Shown: in pieces, positions 59,903 to 64,000 of the stretch
How positions within the stretch are numbered: position 1 is the first letter of the stretch
Layout: every line of letters starts with the position of its first letter
Assembly: GCA_964621445.1 (NCBI GenBank)
Contig: CAZUNO010000004.1
Coordinates: 109,413 to 173,412 of the forward strand
Direction: 5' to 3'
Source: Candidatus Hadarchaeota archaeon
GTDB lineage: Archaea > CAYQAE01 > CAYVLA01
DNA length: 64,000 bases
Translations under genes and position numbers: made by a program
Notes under the pieces: model-generated
The model's input: only the letters and a program-made list of their open reading frames with translations
What the model was told of the DNA's origin: nothing
Databases searched by the model: none

Positions 59903-61063
59903 GTGGAGATGAAGCGGTTTTATAATGCCCCATCAGAGACAGTAAAATTTGTAGACACTACTTTGAGAGATGGAGAGCAAACTGCCGGAGTGGTCTTCTC
60001 CAACGACGAGAAAATCCAGATAGCTCGCATGCTGGACGAGGTTGGAGCCCATCAAATCGAGGCGGGCGTTCCCGCCATGGGGGGCGATGAAAAGGATGTC
60101 ATCTCCAAAATATCGGCACTGGGTTTGGAGGCTTCAATACTTGGTTGGAATCGGGCCGTGGTGAGCGATGTTGAGAGCTCCATAGATTGCGGAGTAGATG
60201 CGGTTGCGGTTTCAATATCCACTTCCGATATCCACATAAAATACAAGTTACAGAAGAACAGGGACTGGGTACTTGAGCATATGGTCGAGGCAACCGAATA
60301 CGCTAAGGACCACGGTCTATATGTCTCAGTAAATGCGGAGGACTCCTCCAGAACACCCGATGATTTCCTAATAAAATTCACATCGGCTGCAAAGAATGCC
60401 GGCGCGGACAGGGTCAGATTCTGTGATACATTGGGCACAATGGAGCCCTTTCAAGTATATGAAAGGGTCCAGAACCTAATTCAGAAGACCGGAGTGCCGG
60501 TCGAAATGCATATGCATAATGACTTCGGTCTGGCAGCCGCCAACTCCTTGGCTGGGGTTAAAGCAGGAGCAACCTTCGTAAACGTGACCGTCAACGGTCT
60601 CGGTGAGAGAGCAGGGAACGCGCCATTGGAAGAGGTGGCCATGGCACTTAGATTGATCCTAAATCACAACGTTGATCTTCGGGCCAAGAAGTTCAGGGAG
60701 CTATCCGAACTGGTGGCGAAGGCCTCTGCTAGGGACATACCCAAGTGGAAAGCCATAGTAGGAAGATCCGTCTTTGCCGCAGAGTCCGGGATCCATGCGG
60801 ATGGACTGCTTAAGAATCCAATAAATTATGAAGCCTTCTCGCCCCAGGACGTGGGCCTCACCAGGCAGATAGTGATAGGCAAACATTCGGGCAAGCACTC
60901 AATTAAGAACAAGTTCAAGGAGTATGGCATTGAGCTTGATGATGAGATGACAAGTAAGATTCTCGAGCGGGTGAGGTCAGAGAGCGTCAAGAGAAAGAGA
61001 GCGCTTTTCGACAAGGAAATTATGTTGATCTACGAGGATTTAACGGAAGACGATCATCAATAG
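59903..61063 (+). CDS. nifV: Homocitrate synthase-like DRE-TIM acyltransferase (NifV/AksA family)
   Basis: DTTLRDGEQ, IEAG, EDSSR, HMHNDFG, NGLGERAGN, ESGIHADG, GKHSG; no LeuA regulatory domain. Confidence 0.8.
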   Translation: MEMKRFYNAPSETVKFVDTTLRDGEQTAGVVFSNDEKIQIARMLDEVGAHQIEAGVPAMGGDEKDVISKISALGLEASILGWNRAVVSDVESSIDCGVDAVAVSISTSDIHIKYKLQKNRDWVLEHMVEATEYAKDHGLYVSVNAEDSSRTPDDFLIKFTSAAKNAGADRVRFCDTLGTMEPFQVYERVQNLIQKTGVPVEMHMHNDFGLAAANSLAGVKAGATFVNVTVNGLGERAGNAPLEEVAMALRLILNHNVDLRAKKFRELSELVAKASARDIPKWKAIVGRSVFAAESGIHADGLLKNPINYEAFSPQDVGLTRQIVIGKHSGKHSIKNKFKEYGIELDDEMTSKILERVRSESVKRKRALFDKEIMLIYEDLTEDDHQ

Positions 61064-61071
61064 CGGAGTGT

Positions 61072-61284
61072 TCATTTCATGGGACCGAAGATATCATCTC
61101 CTCTTGAACCATCATTGATATTTTCCCCGGACCTACGTTTAAGGCACTTCACACATACCGAACGTGCCCTGTCGTAGCACATCGGGCAGCAAGGTGACCC
61201 ACAGAGGCTGCAGGTCGTTGGCTCCGGTGTTACCCTTCCGCAGATAGAACACCTAACGGCTCTGGATCCCATTTTTCCTCCCAT
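61072..61284 (-). CDS. Small Cys-rich double zinc-finger protein
   Basis: CSIC..CSLC..CCPMC..CVKC. Confidence 0.7.
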   Translation of the reverse strand: MGGKMGSRAVRCSICGRVTPEPTTCSLCGSPCCPMCYDRARSVCVKCLKRRSGENINDGSRGDDIFGPMK

Positions 61285-61390
61285 GGTGTTTTAAGCATCA
61301 CTCAAGAAAAATGCTTGGTTCCATCCCTCGATCTGGAAGAGATTTAATAGCCGAAGTTCGAATTTTCTGTGGATTCTTGGAGTATTAGAA

Positions 61391-62785
61391 ATGCCCGATG
61401 TAGTCATAATCGGCGCCGGACCTGCCGGTCTTTTCGCAGCCAATGAACTTGCTGATACCGGTTTGAGCGTCCTAATCATTGAATTAGGGCGGGATGTGGA
61501 AAAACGAGAATGTCCCCTAAACACAACCACGACCAAATGCATGAACTGCGATCCCTGTAATATAATGAGCGGGGTTGGAGGTGCCGGGGGTCTCTCAGAC
61601 GGAAAGCTCAATCTTAGGCCTGATATCGGAGGCAATCTGAACGAATTCACCAATAGCGAAAAGGAGGCCTGGGACCTCGTTAACCACGTTGACAGGATAT
61701 TCCTAAAGCATGGGGTTCCCGAAAATGGATATGGAACTGGTGAGGAAGCAGAGGAACTTCGAAGGCGTGCTGCCTCTGTTGGAATCAACTTCATTCCAAT
61801 TCACCAAAGACACGTTGGATCGGACAAGCTACCCGAGGTGATCGAGTCGATAAAGAAGTGGCTGGCCTCCAAGAATATCCAATTCATGCTTCAAACCCAG
61901 GTAACCCATATTCTAGCCGGTAAGGAGGGGGTCAAGGGTGTCCGGATAGATGATGGAAAGGAGATCAGAGACATCAAGTGCAAAGCCGTGATCTCCTGTC
62001 CAGGTAGGTCCGGAGCAATCTGGTTTGCCCGCGAGGCACAGAGATTGGGGGTTAATACCAGACACGCACCAGTGGATATTGGGGTTAGGGTCGAGGTTAG
62101 GTCCATGGTCATGGATCCGGTAACCGATATTAACTGGGACCCAAAATTCCATATCTACACCAAGACCTATGACGATTGGGTCCGAACCTTCTGCACATGT
62201 CCATACGGGTACGTTGCCAAGGAGGACTATGATGATTTCGTGGGGGTCAATGGCCATTCACTGATCGAAGATAGATCCGAAAACACGAACTTTGCCTTCG
62301 TAACCAACGTTGAGCTCACCGAGCCAGTTGAGGACACCACCGCCTATGCCTCCTCCATTGCCCGGCTCTCCACCACGATTGGGGGAGGCAAACCTCTAAT
62401 TCAGAGGTTTGGTGACCTCCTCAGGGGACGCAGAAGCACCTGGAGCAGCATCAAGAAAAGCTATGTCAAGCCCACGCTAACCGATGTCACGCCCGGGGAT
62501 ATCTCCATGGCGCTTCCTCAAAGGCTTACCACCGATATCATTGAGGGATTGGTAAAACTGAACGACGTCATACCCGGCGTTGCCAGCGAAAGCACCTTAC
62601 TCTACTGCCCGGAACTCAAGATGTATAGCATGAGGTTTCTAACCGACCAGAACATGATGGCAAATCTGGATGGCCTCTACGTAGCAGGGGATGGGGCGGG
62701 CCTGGCAAGAGGCATTGTAGGCTCCGCCGCTACCGGTATTCTGGCCGCCAGGGGGCTGTTAGAAGGGATGGATAAGGATAATTAG
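61391..62785 (+). CDS. NAD(P)/FAD-dependent oxidoreductase (uncharacterised family with N-terminal Cys cluster)
   Basis: GAGPAG, CP..CMNCDPC, GGAGGLSDGKL, DIGVRVE, RTFCTCP, VNGHS, AGDGAG. Confidence 0.85.
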   Translation: MPDVVIIGAGPAGLFAANELADTGLSVLIIELGRDVEKRECPLNTTTTKCMNCDPCNIMSGVGGAGGLSDGKLNLRPDIGGNLNEFTNSEKEAWDLVNHVDRIFLKHGVPENGYGTGEEAEELRRRAASVGINFIPIHQRHVGSDKLPEVIESIKKWLASKNIQFMLQTQVTHILAGKEGVKGVRIDDGKEIRDIKCKAVISCPGRSGAIWFAREAQRLGVNTRHAPVDIGVRVEVRSMVMDPVTDINWDPKFHIYTKTYDDWVRTFCTCPYGYVAKEDYDDFVGVNGHSLIEDRSENTNFAFVTNVELTEPVEDTTAYASSIARLSTTIGGGKPLIQRFGDLLRGRRSTWSSIKKSYVKPTLTDVTPGDISMALPQRLTTDIIEGLVKLNDVIPGVASESTLLYCPELKMYSMRFLTDQNMMANLDGLYVAGDGAGLARGIVGSAATGILAARGLLEGMDKDN

Positions 62786-63963
62786 AGATCGATAAGAAAG
62801 GTCTCGCTGACCGTTTTTTCAACCATACCATCCAAATCCAATGCTTCCTCGGCCTCCTCAACATTTACCGGGTCCGGCCTAGGACGTGGATTTGATGGTA
62901 CCGCCTGGCACTCAGTCACCCGAGTGATGCTTTTCTCGTACGTACCTATCCTTCTTGCTATTTCAACTATTTCGTCCTTATCTAGGGCGATAAGTGGCAT
63001 GAGAACTGGTCTATTAGTAACCCTCGTGGTGAGTGCTAGGTTGGTCATGGTTTGCGAGCAAACTTGGGATAAGGAGTCACCGTTGATTATGGCCTCCAGC
63101 CCCCTATTCTCCGCAATCCCATCCGCCACCCTCATCATCATCCTTTTGCACAGGGTGCATGTCAACTCCCTAGGACATCTCTGAATCAATGTGGTCAGGA
63201 CTTCTCCGAGAGGTGAGATAAGAAAGCGCATCCCGGATGAACAGGAATATGATTTTAGAACCCTTGCCACGGCTTTTGCCCTACGGTTTTTACCCCTGCT
63301 TGAGTAGGGGCGATTATCGAAATAGATTAGGTCCTGCTCACATCCCCTTTTCATCATCAGATAGCAAGCAACGGGTGAATCGATACCTCCAGACATAAGG
63401 GATAGTGCCCTCCCTGAAGCACCAAGCGGTAATCCCTTTGGACCATGTATCTCATCGAGGTAAATGTAAGAATCCTCTCGTATATCGATTCCTATAACCA
63501 CCTCTGGATCATCCAGATCAACCGAGGCTCCCGTCGATTTTCGAACCAGATCACCAATCAAGGTGTTGATCTCCTGGCTATCCTTTTCGAAGGTCTTATC
63601 TCCCCTGTTGGTATTGATCGCGAAGGTATCGCCCTCCGTAAGCACATCCATGGCCAAGTTATGTACCTCGTCGGAAATGGCTTGGATATCGCTCCGAGTG
63701 CTGATGGCTGGAGAAAGAGAGATTATTCCAAAAACCTTACGTAGATATTTACATGATCTATGTGGCTTGTTGGTGAACACCACCAGGCGTCCCCGGATCC
63801 TTTCCACATTCGACTCAATTCCCGCTTCCTGCAGGCAGTGTGATATATTTCCTGCCAGTTTACTCTCAAGCCGGCTCCTTACAACTGGACCCTTAAGGAA
63901 TATCTCCCCGTACCTTATGACTACGCAATTTGCTTCCAGGGACAATAAACAGTCAACGGTCAC
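62782..63963 (-). CDS. thiI: tRNA 4-thiouridine(8) synthase ThiI (THUMP + PP-loop, no rhodanese domain)
   Basis: IRYGEIFLKG, VFGI, SGGIDSPVA, CTLCKRMM, GDSLSQVCSQT, PLIALDK, GTYE. Confidence 0.92.
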   Translation of the reverse strand: MTVDCLLSLEANCVVIRYGEIFLKGPVVRSRLESKLAGNISHCLQEAGIESNVERIRGRLVVFTNKPHRSCKYLRKVFGIISLSPAISTRSDIQAISDEVHNLAMDVLTEGDTFAINTNRGDKTFEKDSQEINTLIGDLVRKSTGASVDLDDPEVVIGIDIREDSYIYLDEIHGPKGLPLGASGRALSLMSGGIDSPVACYLMMKRGCEQDLIYFDNRPYSSRGKNRRAKAVARVLKSYSCSSGMRFLISPLGEVLTTLIQRCPRELTCTLCKRMMMRVADGIAENRGLEAIINGDSLSQVCSQTMTNLALTTRVTNRPVLMPLIALDKDEIVEIARRIGTYEKSITRVTECQAVPSNPRPRPDPVNVEEAEEALDLDGMVEKTVSETFLIDL

Positions 63964-64000
63964 CTATAGTTATCACTCTTTTCCCATTGCCGATACAATT

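Overview
A 64-kb, gene-dense chromosomal segment of an archaeon. The assignment rests on TATA-box promoters, GGAGGTGA Shine-Dalgarno sites, and archaeal-type XerA, FtsZ, ThiI, DUF2099 and DUF1122 genes. The left end (<1-5370, minus strand) holds a capsid-less contractile tail operon behind its own TATA promoter: sheath, tube, a tail-assembly-chaperone pair joined by an A9 -1 slippery site, a tape-measure-like protein, a tube initiator and a baseplate hub (running off the window). The middle (5.5-51 kb) is an accessory-looking mosaic of transporters (ABC-2, RND/MMPL, P2A and CopB ATPases, MFS, DMT), cysK-cysE, many carbohydrate/amino-sugar enzymes, secreted membrane-anchored proteins (one with alpha-SNAP-like repeats) and two damaged genes. 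The right end has housekeeping genes (mtnP, lysA, DUF2099, ftsZ, radical SAM, homocitrate synthase-like, thiI). It also carries a compact module: xerA, a dif-like 28-bp palindrome in its promoter, an RHH-type DNA-binding gene, and an AT-rich array of GTATGAT heptad pairs. No rRNA, tRNA, CRISPR array or IS element was recognised. All family calls come from motif recognition by eye, not database searches.
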